The translations under genes were made by a program, and so were the position numbers. From assembly GCA_050575255.1 (NCBI GenBank), contig JBNZDD010013730.1, forward strand, positions 6,903,498 through 6,967,497: a DNA stretch of 64,000 bases, read 5' to 3'. The DNA comes from Harriotta raleighana. Its lineage: Eukaryota. The notes under the pieces were generated by a model. It worked only from the letters and a program-made list of their open reading frames with translations. It was not told the DNA's origin and made no database searches. This document shows, piece after piece, positions 38,299 through 50,961 of the stretch (positions within the stretch are counted from its first letter, which is position 1; each line of letters opens with the position of its first letter).

Positions 38299-38391
38299 TG
38301 TAATGGCCATACTACACCAATGTACGCTTTGTACATGTAATGGCCATACTACACCAATGTACGCTTTGTACATGTAATGGCCATACTACAC
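38299..38391. repeat. 37-bp perfect tandem repeat, 2.5 copies
   Basis: tgtaatggccatactacaccaatgtacgctttgtaca twice plus 19 nt of a third copy. Confidence 0.95.
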
Positions 38392-38489
38392 TGCTGGAAA
38401 CAAAAAGGTACAACTGGGATGGTGAGGATGTTTAATGATATAATATTCTTGTGAAATTGTACTGTAAAGAAACTGTCTGACAATGTGGT

Positions 38490-38820
38490 GACTGACTGAG
38501 TTAGGAGGTCATCCCAGAAGGTGTCTTGCAGTGGAGCAGGCCTAGAGGGGAGGGTGCAGAGTTTGGGTCTTGCAAAAGCTCTGATAGAAATCAATGGGGA
38601 CTCGCTTTTGCCATTGATCTCCAGGAAGGAGCTGTGCCACAAGCCAGGAAATCAAAAGATGCAGAAGATGAACTGCACACCAGCTTAAGAATGTTGTAGA
38701 GAAGGCTTGTGGCTGTTGAGCATGGTGCCTGAGTATCCATATGGGGTAGGATCTGAGCAGTATGTGAACTGTGAGTGAAAGAGAGTTGTAGACAGGGTTA
38801 CAGGGCACATCCATTGAACA
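38490..38820 (-). mobile_element. Highly decayed L2-like fragment
   Basis: Purine-rich pattern weakly resembling 34550-34830; no clean motif. Confidence 0.3.
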
Positions 38821-40451
38821 TAACTGTCAGCACACCTTTGGGTCTGTTAGAGAATGCAACTTTTATATGTTAGGCTCACTGGAAGCCATGAAACCTTCCC
38901 CGTGTCAATCAACCACTTGATTCATCAGTTTTTCTGTGTGCAGATTCAACATCTGCTTTGCTCAGGCAGTTCACATGGGCTACGCTATACATACACCTTG
39001 TGTATAAAATTATTTAGCATCATTACCAATATTATTACCAATGACAGTTCCTGATTATTTCTGTCTTCTGTGAGACCATGTTAGATGATCCTCAGGATCA
39101 CATACTTCCCCTACTAATAAGGTTATCAGTAAATTAATAAAGGTCTAATTAGTGCATTATAGATGATGAATTTGCTTTACATCATCAGAGGGCAAGCCTT
39201 CAGCCAATCTGCTTCTACCTTCTGGAACCCCATTCCAGAGTACAGTTGTCTTTACAATGTCAAATCATAACTTCAGATCTGCTAGTTTGCCTTGAAAATC
39301 ATTCACTAAAATTGCAGGATTCCCAAATAAAATTCTGTAAGAGCTTTTCCTTTGTCAAAAAATGACAAAAATACCCCCATATCATTTACAATGTAGTCCA
39401 GTTTGGATCTTGTTGGATTGCATTGAATACATTGCACATGATATAGGCTCTTTGAAGAATTGCACTCTATTTTGAATACAATAAGAGCAAATTAAACATT
39501 GTCAACTCTCCACGACCAGAGAATATAGGCGTGTTTGGCTGGCTTTAGTTTCCAATGGCATTTTAATTTGAGCTTTCACATAACCATGTTGCCCGTGATT
39601 TTCAAACCTACGCAAAGGGTTTCTATGCACTTAGTTGTCCTTTGCATTTACATACATGCAGTTATTTATCCCTTCGGAGTTTCTTCCACATAATTTACAA
39701 CCTGGCATCACCACATAGATGAAAATAAATGAGTAATCCTCAGAACTAACTCCCACCCCTGTGCCCAGAATGTTGCGGAGAAGGCTTTGAAAATCTAAAA
39801 GCAGTATTCAGGATGTGACAGGAATAGAAAAACTTAATCATGGACCTGTCACTCTTCAGAACATGCTTATTAGGTAAAGAAAGAATCAACATTGAAACAT
39901 TCGTCATAGCAGGTTACAAAACACTTAAAATGTTCAAAGGTGAATGGATTATTGTGGGCTGCAATTGTAATTGCTTTAAAATATCTTTAAGATACACTCA
40001 CACACAAGTTTCTGATTACTTTAAATAATTTAATAAAGTGCAGTCGATTGGAACTCACTGAAGTCATTTTTTTTGTCTACTTGCCTACTATTACCATTAC
40101 AGAGATTCAAGCGCCCTTGAATTCACTTTACATCATAATAACTTGAAGGAAACAATACAGACTATTTTCCTTTTCCACAAAAGGTCAGATCCACATAAAA
40201 TAGATTTGCAACAGAAAGCTAAACATCCAAACAAACCATTGAATTGGAGACACGTGAATGCAAAGCAAACAGTGCTTTGCACCCTGCGTTTTAATTATTA
40301 ATAACTCATATCTTCTTTAGTTCTTTGTAGTTTCAGGCCCAATATAGTCTCCACAGAATTTGAGCCATCTTCACCTCATTACCTTTTTTTTGACAGAAAA
40401 ACAATTGCATAGGTATAGCAAGCGGATTCCATGATGCTGAGATCATGCATC

Positions 40452-40640
40452 ACCTGGCTCCATCGGAATCACCCTTGTCTTTGAGACAGAAGGTTGTGGG
40501 GTTCAGGTCTCTCATCGGCAGTGCTTGGAGTTATACAGCATTGGCGAAGGTGCCGTCCAAAGACCTGTTAAAACAAGGTTCTGTCTGCCCGTCTAGATAG
40601 ACATTTTAGATTCTCATGGCACAATTTAAAGAGGAGGGAG
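40452..40640 (+). mobile_element. Old SacSINE1-like Deu-SINE 5' part
   Basis: tgagacagaaggttgtggggttcaggtc...gaaggtgccgtc...tctcatggcacaattt. Confidence 0.65.
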
Positions 40641-41787
40641 AATGATTGTTTGTCATTCATGAACAAAATACTTCAGCAAATCAATTTTTAAAAATAGTCT
40701 TTTCTCTACTGACTAAGACGTAGAACCACCTCTGTTAGCCCAGGAAGACAAACATTAACATGTCGGTTACATTAAATGCTTACAGTGCACCATGTACAGT
40801 ATAAGACTTAAGATAAGAATGGCATTTGTTATCAGTACTTGGAATACCTATTCATGAATCATTGCATGACTTGAGCCAATGATGTGAATCTTTTGCTTTC
40901 AGAATTTATGGAAAAATGCTCTTGTCTGAGTGCCAGTGAAACATTATTAAATAATGTTTGCTATTTTGTGCCTGGTGAAGGCCATTCAGATTGATTTAGT
41001 GTTCTAAATGAAACAGATGATTAATTCTTTATTACAAGATAGATAAATCTCCTTTTCTCCATTTGATGGTGAAAGGTAACATGATTCTATTTACTGGGTG
41101 CTGGTAATTTAGAAAATTTGCAACGGATAGTTGTGGGGGGAGGGGATGAAAAACTCATTATGAGTTGTAGAGTATGTAAATCTCTTTTGCTCCATTTGGG
41201 TGGATGTCTGATTACCCACTAGGAACATTATCTTTTTAATATAGGCGCTGGAACATGCAGTCATAGGAGTGTGAAGTATTGCTTTACTACTTTGTTGCTC
41301 AGTATCTATAGCAATCTATTTCCAATTATACGAGTGATAGTTTTTCATAGAATGGAAAAGCTTGCCATTAACCCACTAGATGAATTAAGCCTACCCAGGT
41401 TTATTTTACTTCTCCAAATGAATGCTAATGTAGAAGAAGTGTCCATACTGTGTTTGGAAGTCGGATCTAATTGGTATAATTTGCCAACATGTTCCCCTTC
41501 CTGAGCCATGGATTTCACTCTCTATGGTTCATTAGGGATGAATTTTGCTTTTGAGTTACAAGAACACTTCATAGTTTATGTAGTTTCCATATTAACATAA
41601 TAGGTACAATACATTCTGCACATAGAATTTCCTACCGCAGATTGTGTGTCCAAATGTGTTGTGGGTGTCAGAATTATTAATTGCCTTTGTGTGAATATTA
41701 TATATCGACATGAAGTGCTGTAACAATTGTCATTTACACTGACAGCTACTCCAGTATGAAAGTGTACCAAAAAGAGATAAAACCTGA

Positions 41788-41930
41788 TACAACAATAACA
41801 AAATTACATTTGTGCAGTGCCTTTCATATGGGGAGGATGCCCCAATGTCCTGGAACAGTCAGGAGTCAGGACCAGAGCATGTGGTAGGGATGCGCAGGGT
41901 TGGGTTGAGGGAGGGCAGAGAGGTAGGAGG
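41788..41930 (-). mobile_element. L2 3' end
   Basis: acaacaataacaaaattacatttgtgcagtgcctttcatatggggaggatgccc...cagagcatgtggtaggg. Confidence 0.75.
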
Positions 41931-42649
41931 ATATTACAACAAATAAAAACTATGATACGATGGTAAATAAAAACTTCTCCCAAGTATTTTCTCTCCATAT
42001 AGTTTACCGCAACTTTCAAAATACTGGCTGTTGGAAAATAGTCACTGGTTAATTGAGGTAAAGGAGAATTAAGATATCCTGTGAGGAAAGTCTTATTTAC
42101 CCAACTATGTACTAGCAATAGGTCATATCACAGTACAAGCAAATGTTTTCCTCACTCTTCACCGGGTGCAAACAAAGGAAAGTGGTATCAAGGTCAGATA
42201 TCTTTCTCAAAACCAGATTTGACTCGTACCATTTTAAAAATGTCGTTATTTCTCCAATTCTGTGGCATATTTGGCATCGGATTGCTACAATTTAGTGTTG
42301 ATTTGTTGCCAAAAAAAATAAAGTACAAACAGGGTTCGGGCACTACAAATCATGCAGGAACCGTATTACTGGCAGCACCTGGAAGCAGTTTCAGTGTCAC
42401 AGTGATCTCTTGCTACATTGAATAAATATGACTGGTTCAAATTGCATTTGGCTCCTTCCATCGTCCATTCTCCGTGTGTCAGGAAATTCAGTGGATTTAA
42501 AACAAAGTATTTAGAAACCATTTCACTCCAGCACCAAGAACTTTACAGACCAGCCATCTGAGTTTCATTGATTTGGATTTTAAAATCTGACCTATAAAAT
42601 CTATAAAAATAAAGAACAGATATTTAAATATTTTTGCGATTTGTGTCTC

Positions 42650-42780
42650 TCTTGCTAATTTGTGCGTTTCACCCTCAAATATACAGTCAATAAATTTTGC
42701 AGTATATTCTATGAAGCACTTTGAGACTTCTGGAAGACGTGAAAAGCTCTATATCAAATGCAAGGATTATGATTATTATT
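42650..42780 (+). mobile_element. SINE 3' fragment
   Basis: caaatatacagtcaat...gacgtgaaaagctctatatcaaatgcaaggattatgattatt. Confidence 0.85.
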
Positions 42781-43359
42781 GATAAAGAGGTTGGAGTTTA
42801 ACATAGGCAGATAGAAAAGTGAATGTAATTTGGCTCCTATTTATGTTTTCAAATTGTCAAAAATATAACAATTTTCACAAGAATGGAAGCATAAAAGCAC
42901 TGGCAAAATTTAACATTTTTGAATATGCTGCAATCCATTTATCTGTAATGGAGAAACATAAATTGGCTTATAAATGGAACAATATATTTTAAAGAAAACA
43001 TTTTTGTCTTTTACAGACCTTGTGGTTTTTAAACTTCCCCCCATCACACCAGTTCTAGCCAGGCTCCACTATGACTGAAAGTATAAATTTAAAAATCTTC
43101 ATACTCGTTTTTCAAGTCCCTTCATGCCCTGGCACTCCCAACCTGCTTACTCCTGAACCCACTACTTGCTGCTTCAGCTCAACTGATTCAGAACATCTAC
43201 ATATGAATGCAAGTCGTAATAAATCAAGTGTGAGAAGCTTTCAATTCTGCTCATGGCAGATTATGGTGGATGGAAATGAAGAGTTAGAAGATAGTTTACA
43301 CCCCAACAAAAATGCAGGCTGACAGAACAGTTAAGCAGCAGATAAGTTATCATCCAAAT

Positions 43360-43482
43360 TCATTTCACCCACAAAATTCATAGTTGATCCACTCTACAAT
43401 ATACCCTGTCAGGTACTTTGAGACGTCTCCATGTAATCAACAATGTGTTAAGGCGCCATATCAAATGCAAGGATTCTTATTT
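43360..43482 (+). mobile_element. Degenerate SINE 3' fragment
   Basis: tttcacccacaaaa...tttgagacgtct...ccatatcaaatgcaaggattcttatt. Confidence 0.7.
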
Positions 43483-43829
43483 TAAATTCATTTCCAATCT
43501 GGTTATCAGTGAAATAATTTATTGACATCTGGAGAATACCCTCCTATAAATAGAAGTCCTCAGGATGTGATTTTGAGAGTGTAATTAATTCTAGAGAGAA
43601 GATAAGAGTTTTAAACCAGTGAGATTTTCTAACAAGTGTAAGATACCATTGGAATCCTTCGATGAGAATCCTACCTGTAATTAATTTGAGGTATCGATTA
43701 TTCTCGATTAATGTTTATGCTTGTTACAAGAAAAAAATCCATGTTTTGAGTTGATGAAAATGTGAAAAAGTTTCCACTGCTGCACTATGACATAATTCCC
43801 TTCCTATTCCTTTATGCAATCCAAAATCG

Positions 43830-44255
43830 ACAGCATCTGCTCTACTGCTGCCCCGTCCTCACCTCCTCCTCCACACTTTTGACACAGTCTCCCCCTCTTT
43901 TCTCACCTCCATCATTTCCCAAATGAAGCCCACCACCTGTTCACATTCCCCCAGCTCAATCCCTACTCCTTACCTTCAAGCTCCACCTTCTTTCCCCTCT
44001 TTTAACGGACATTGGCAAATTCTCTCTGTCCACCGGCGCTGTATTCACTCCCTTACCATACCAACCTGTCCACTCCCTTTGCTCGGTAAGCACAGGCCTA
44101 CCTCATGTCCAATGCCCTGCCCACCCCACCATGAGAGGTAGGGCCTTCAGTTTTCCTACCCTCACTCTCTGGACCTCCATCCCGAATTCTGTCCGCCTCA
44201 CCCCTCTTTTGACTCCTTCATGGCCTGTCTCAAGACTTCCTTTCCTCTTTGATCT
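43830..44255 (+). mobile_element. Old L2 3' fragment
   Basis: C-rich; ends agggccttcag...ctctggacctccatcccgaattct...ctccttcatggcctgtctcaagacttcctttcctctttga, like 7235-7290. Confidence 0.7.
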
Positions 44256-44920
44256 TGCTTTTGTATATTCATGTTCCAAATAACGTGGGTAAAAATAACA
44301 TTTTTTGCCAGATTTGTTACATGGTTTTCTGACACGGATCCAACTTCAATAGGAACAGGATGAGAGTATTCAAATGAGATTGCCCAAATCCTTTTTGCTG
44401 AGGACATACCACAATGTTCTCAAGTATTTACAGCCATCACCATGTAGTGATCTTCATCCAATCAGTTAATACTGGTTTCAAGCTCAAGTGCCACAGATCA
44501 AAGGCAATGTTCTACAGCTTGCTATCCTCTTCTCTTGAGGTTTACAAGTAGGTTGCAATGCCGTGGGGTCTTGCTCATCTTAAATCAAGGAAACAGCAAA
44601 TACAGCTGATTAGGTTGGAATTGTCTTTCAGGGAACATTGATTTACAATCTACTTACCATAACTCGAGATTTCCTTGAAGCATATTTTAGATACTCCTGA
44701 AAGTACTGAACTCATTAGAAAGTAGTAAAGGAGAATGGAAGAAAACCTCAGTAAAAGAATCACAATAATGAGACTATCATTTATCTTACCTAAACAAAAC
44801 TTGTGTGACAACAGCTTAGGCGTTGCAATCCTTCTTGGCAGCTTTGTACTGAATATTCAGTGGGGTTACTATAAGTTAAACACCTTTTTTTCTGAATATA
44901 CTTTGTATTCCTATATTTAT

Positions 44921-45221
44921 TAATAATATAATAATCCTTACATTTGATATAGTGCTTTTCATTGCTTTTTGAATATAAAAGAATATTTAAAGAATATATT
45001 GTAAAGTGAATTGACTGTACATTTGTGGGTGAAACAGAGCAGCCAATCGCGCACAACACTGTCCCGCAAACAGTCGTGGATTGAGTGATCAAATAATTAT
45101 TGTTTTTTTGAGGGATTATTATTTGGCATGCGGAGTAAGGAAACTTGCCCAAGGTTTTGCCCTGCTGGGAATTGAACCTGGTCTCTTACTTGCGAGGTTG
45201 TAATCACTGAGCTGCAGGACT
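44921..45221 (-). mobile_element. Full-length tRNA-Deu-L2 SINE
   Basis: Tail, core and head (gagtaaggaaacttgcccaagg...ggaattgaacc...cactgagctgcaggact). Confidence 0.92.
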
Positions 45222-46047
45222 TATTGACTGCTATCAAACCAAATTAAAGTAGTGCATGGAAGAAGCACAATTGCTGGCTAAGAGGTACTAATGGTACACA
45301 ATGCAACCTCATTTTATTTCCGTCACTTTGTCATTTATGCTCTATGATGCCTTCAATTGGCAGTTGATGAAAAAAATTCATTTATTGTTTACGTTGCTGT
45401 GACAGAGCAATTTCATTGTGTTACTTAATAAGATCAGCAAGGTATATTTTGTGTAATTCATGAAAGTAAGCTTTTTAAACACTGAATTACAGGGGTCAGG
45501 ACAGCAAAAGTCAGCTCTCACTGCACGTTTGAACTGGCTTTCGGCTGTTCCTTTCAGGAAGGTATTAATGCTGATTTTGTATCAGATAAACAAAGATGTC
45601 ACAAAGTTCTAACAATAAGGCTGAAGTCACAGACAGCATTTTAAAACTATATTTCCATCTTGTTATCCAATATATGTTTTAGTTAAATGCAAGATAGATT
45701 AGGTAAATAAAGTACAAATGATATTATGAAGCAGATCAATTAAGTTAAATTCAGATCATTATGTTCCCTTGGTACCCTGCTGTATACTGCTGTAATGTTA
45801 TTATACAATGCCCCCAGAGTAAAATTAAAGAATAAACTCTATATTCATAATGCAGATCAGCATCAATGCTAATTTTTGCAGAATAGCTAATTGCACCCTG
45901 CTGGAAGTGTTAGAGTGACCTAGATCTCAAGATTTCCTTACAGAATATGCTTGGTTTAGATCATATCCCCCGGATCCACACGTACATTGGATATGGTGGA
46001 AGGATGTGCGGGTAAAATTGCTCACCATTACATTGCTTATCTACGTT

Positions 46048-46212
46048 TACAACAACAGCAAAATTTACATTTGTATAGCGCCTTTTAGCATGTCTACTTA
46101 GAATGCATTTCGCCCAAAAATATAGTCAATTCACTTTACAGTATAATCTGTGAAGCACTTTGAGACCCCGATAAGATGTGAAAAGTGCTATATCAAATGC
46201 AAGGATTATTTT
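46048..46212. mobile_element. Minus-strand L2 tail abutting plus-strand SINE 3' fragment
   Basis: acaacaacagcaaaatttacatttgtatagcgcctttt (46049-46086) then catttcgcccaaaaatatagtcaattcac...caaggattatt. Confidence 0.8.
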
Positions 46213-46749
46213 TATCATTATTGCACGCACATCATAGCCTCCAGTAAACTTTTATATGTCTCACCAACATCTCCCATTACTAAATGAACAGTCCCAATAG
46301 GTCCTTCACACGTATTATTGTATAGAGAAACATTGTAATATTTGTAGAAACTGAGTACCGATGAGTGTTGAATGGAAATAATGTACAGTATAAAGATCTT
46401 ATGTCCAAGTAGCATAGTATTTCCTACCATTGATATCAATGTCCATGGACTTCAAAAGGATGCTTTTTGAACACTGCTGACTGGTACCATAGATATTGTA
46501 TCACATTTGTATTTATGCTTAAAAAATGTGAGATTCCCTGCTCTGTTGATTTTCTATGAGAAGGGATGTGGGATGTTATGTGTTGTTGAGGCATTTGAAC
46601 TCTATACAGTATTTGTAAAGCGCGAAGTTTCTAAGCTGGGAGGTAGAGCTTTGTGCATTGGATCTTGAAGATATGCAAAGGAGTAATGCCGCTTCCTAGA
46701 TGTAGAAAACATTGTCAATACACCTGCTGCACACTCTCAACAAAAACAT

Positions 46750-47260
46750 TTTGTTTCCATGGCAAATCATTAATGAGGATCCAATTGTACTGCTCCTGAG
46801 CTTGCTTTTTTTTACATTTTGAAAGCAGTATTGAAAGCTTTTGTGGTTGTTTTTTTTCTAAATCTTTACAAAGGGAAAGCCATAGTAGTCCCTTGTACTC
46901 TATTGTTAGTGAATTATTTTACCAACCTCCTCTGCTTCCAAATTGTGCTGCTAACACTTACAGAGCCCTGGAGGATATCTAATGCCGTTTTATCTTGTAG
47001 TGATGCCACTGATGGCAGCCTTGCCTTTAGTGCCAGAGCCAAATCCCAAGTGAAGCAGTACTTATACCTCCAAAGGGAGGAATGCTGATCAAGGAGCTTA
47101 TTTTTTCTCCATGAAGCAGCGATCTTCGGCAGTGTTATTTTGACCCCCGTGCCCTGTGAGGAACTTTCCCGGAAACAGCCAGAACTGAGTTAGGATTTAT
47201 AATTTTGAAAGAACTTATAAACTTCGTTGCTCGGTGCTGTTCAACGCATGACAGGAAACC
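46750..47260. promoter_or_regulatory. Candidate regulatory element / exon with STAT (GAS) site
   Basis: GAS consensus ttcccggaa at 47166-47174, RFX X-box-like gtttccatggcaaa at 46753-46766, several retained CpGs, minus-strand donor gtaagt at 46961. Confidence 0.35.
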
Positions 47261-47882
47261 AATAATAGCATTTTTTTTTAAAAAGAAAGAGGATCCATTT
47301 CACCATTTCCATAGTATGCAAATAACACACATTGAACCACACCTAGTCATCATATGTGGTACTGCTTTGTCTTAAAAATTAAGTACAGTGTTTTGCCTGG
47401 AAACCATAACTGATTTTTTAAAGACTGCCTGAATGTCTATTATCTCCTCAGTCTTATTTAATCTCTCTGAAGACTAATTAATTTTTTGTTCTATTCAAGC
47501 ATTGACACTGCTTTCAAGAAAATATCTAAAATAGAATCTCTCTGCCAATTTAGTATTTCCATATACTGTATAGACAGCTCCCTGAATTCTTCCTTATCAT
47601 TTTTCTTCGTAGCCATTGGCCCATTTCAATAATTGTTTCCAACAATTATCATGGCAGTGAAGTACTGTACATTGAGCAATAAAAATCCTCAAGAAACTAG
47701 TCAGGCCACACACACAGCTGCTATTTCATTATTTTTTCAAGTAAAGTATTGTACACTCCTATACAAGTTTAATTTATGTATTCAATTTAAAGTCAGCAAA
47801 TCCATTCATACCTGTCCTCAAGGGCATAATAAGACATGATGGACTTTTGTGGAATAGCAACAGGTTATAATCATATATAAGA

Positions 47883-47957
47883 TAGGGTGACCATATGTCT
47901 TGATTTCTGGAGAAAATCCCCAGATGAGGTATCATGTCCCTGGCTAAATTTGCCCTA
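47883..47957. mobile_element. Short hAT-Tip100-like MITE remnant
   Basis: Starts tagggtgaccatatgtc and ends gcccta; tagggtgacca is a typical hAT-Tip100 terminus (recalled). Confidence 0.5.
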
Positions 47958-49509
47958 TCATGAGGTCAGTAACAAACTGAGCAAGTACAATAAAATTCTA
48001 AAATAGATACACTCATCAGAGAAATATAGCCATTAATCCAACAAGTTTCTCCAGTACTACCAGCATTAGGAATTTTGTTGAATTCGATTTTTAATATGCT
48101 TCCCAGTGGTTGGTTTACAAAATACGATCATTCGAAAACCTTCTCGAGGCAAAGGTGATGTAAGTATATTGTTGGGTACAAGGGAGAAAGTACATTGCTT
48201 AAGACTTTGCTATTAAATATAAAATTAAATTGCATATCTAACATTGTTTCCTGGCCGATCCGTTTCAGAATCAGGCCCATTTCACCTTTTTTGAATTCCA
48301 CATACAGCAACTTCTCTGCAATGCAGAAGTGAAGAATTCCTGCCACAACTAGGTTTAATGGTGGCTCATTTGCTCATGCGAGTAATGACAAAGGGTCCAG
48401 ACATACAGGCACTAAAGTCATGTTTCCTGCTGACACACTTTGAAGGTGGAACACTGCTTCAAACTGCAGTATCAAGCTAATGACCCAGAACTCAACTGTT
48501 GAATTCACTACTTGACACAGCACTTCTGAACTGCTACCAGAGCAAGCCCAGACCATAATCCAATCGCTTCAAGGAGTCATTCTGAACACAGCATAAATCA
48601 CTACCCATACTTGGGTTTCATAACACATTTAAGTGTTAAGCAACCTCAGCATTCAAATCAGTTCTCAAAAGGCTCCAGGCTTTACAAACTAAAGGTACTG
48701 CAACAGAAGGATAGCCATAGATATCACTTCTAGGACATTAAATCCTCCCTTCCATCTATTAATTTGCATCACAGATCTTTTTAAAAAAAAATTGGCTCAG
48801 GTTAATGCAATTGAGGAAAGTGGTGCAAATAAATTTTGGGGTAAAGAATATGAGATGTTACTAAGGCAACAATCCGTTAGTAGTAATCAGATTGAAAATT
48901 TAATCAGCTGCTTTTATTGCTCTGCTATGCAGTTGAAAGAAGCAAAATTCCCAAGGACAGATCTATTAGTGCTCCAATTGTTATCTGAAAATGAAAGGAC
49001 GGCTATTTGATTTTAAAATGTCAACACCACTTAAAATTAAGTGTGAAAGGTGTGGAAGGTGAAAACTTCCAGTTGCTGTAGAGAAGGTTTTTTTTGGGGG
49101 AAAAAGGTGGACTGGATGTGTCATTTGCACCCGTACATTTTTGCCCAACTTTAGTCTGATCACTCCAGGAACTAATGCAATAACTAATGTTTGCTCAGCA
49201 CAATGAAGGTAAAACCAGACTGTTTTAAGGAGCACTGCTCTATCCCTTTGTGAAAGAGGCTTACATTTAGTTTGCTTCTCCGTAGTCTTTTCTTCCATAG
49301 TCTCCTGAAGCCACCGATTCAAGCTGTAAGTGGTTTGATGGGAGCCCACTTGCACCTCATAATTTGTGCGTGTCCTGAGGCAATGAGTATCAGCAGGTTG
49401 TCATGACATTGGATGATGGGAATGGAAGTATCTACAGCTGTTTGACTGGGGAGAAGGAGGAAAAGAGACACAAACAGGATGAAAATTAAATCACAATCGA
49501 AATGCAACT

Positions 49510-49790
49510 GTTTTCACCCATTACCCAGACAATTCACAGGATAATAGGAAGGGTGGTATGGTTGGTCTCAATTCCCTTCTTATTTCAAGGGAACCAAGAT
49601 GAACCTATTTTTTAAAAATATTTTTAAAATTTTATATATTGTATTTATATAGCGCCTTTCACGTCAGGAGGACGTCCCAACCTACCTACACCCTTAGCAT
49701 GAGATTCAGTAAGTCAACACAAACCATAGATCAAAAGCTGGGCCCTTACAGGTCTGTGTGAGTCAGTTTGATATCAGTCGAGCTATCAAA
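49510..49790 (-). mobile_element. Ancient SINE-like element interrupted by an L2 tail (about 49630-49680)
   Basis: gagattcagtaagtcaacacaaacc...ggtctgtgtgagtcag resembles a reversed SINE head; tatttatatagcgcctttcacgtcaggaggacgtcccaa is an L2 tail. Confidence 0.5.
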
Positions 49791-50779
49791 ATATCACTGT
49801 ATGTCATTTTTAAGAACTTAATACAGTATATTTAAAAACTCAGTGAAGCTGTTAATTTGGTCTTCAGTTTTAGCCACCATTTTGTGCTCAAATATTTAAT
49901 ATTTATGCCACTGCATTCTGAGCAGATTAGTCACTGGCAGTGGCATACATAAAAACTGGTCAGGAGTTAATGACACACTCGATACTCTTCAAATCATGGA
50001 ATTTGGCATCATAGAACAGAGGCCAAAAGCTCAAACAATAAGAATGCTGACGATGATGTCTGAAAATGTTTTGTTGTGACTTTAATTTAGACAGAATGAC
50101 ACAACTTGTTATAAAGCTACAGCTGTGTGAATGTCACTCTATATGTGAACAGCGGTGGTATTATGTTTGATGAGTGCATTGTAGATCTCATTCACTCCCG
50201 TCTTTCACTTAAATACAGCTGAGTGTCAAGCTGTGGGAGGGCTTCAGTTGTACTATTTCAACCAAATAACAAAGAAAATTGCAAACTAAAGACATGTTTT
50301 CAGTAGCTTCCATTCCGTGTGTGCACGCAGCTCTCAGCTTTCTAACTAACCCACTTAAAAATATTAATTTTACGATATTGGTACGAGTTTCTGCGCATTT
50401 AATTAAAAGAAGGTGGTGAATGTCCCTACTAATTGTGATTTTACATCTTCAACACAGACAAAAACAAAGCCCTTCACAAGAGTTTCATGATTATAGGTGC
50501 TACGCCTCAATGATTATAGTATCACAATTAGGGCAGATCTATTCAAACATTAGTCTTGGAACTCCCACATCTGCTGTTTGATGGTACACACAGAACTGAT
50601 TTAGAAGAAAGCAATTAAGACTCCACAATAAAACACTAATTTTAACTGAAAGGCAGAAGAAAATGTACTTCCTACATACTGAAATGTTGGGCTAGTTTTA
50701 TTACTCCACATGCCTCTGTTTAGCTGGCAGTAAATTAGAACCTGGTTGTCAGTCGATTGGCGGATTGCTTCTCCAGGGG

Positions 50780-50961
50780 TTATAATCCCTTTTAAAAAAA
50801 TGTAGTTACTCAATCCATGATTGTTTGTGGGACACTGATGTATGGAATTGGCTGCCCACAAATTCCAGTCAATTCACTTTACAGTATATTCTGTGAAACG
50901 CCTTGAGACACCTTAAAGACGTGAAAAGACACCATCAAACGCAAGGATTATTATTATTATT
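50780..50961 (+). mobile_element. SINE 3' two-thirds
   Basis: ataatccctttaaaaaaa...caatccatgattgtttgtgggacactg...gcaagg(att)n. Confidence 0.9.

Noticed and set aside
38299-38391. 37-bp direct repeats considered as a CRISPR array
   Set aside because: No spacers, no cas genes, vertebrate context.
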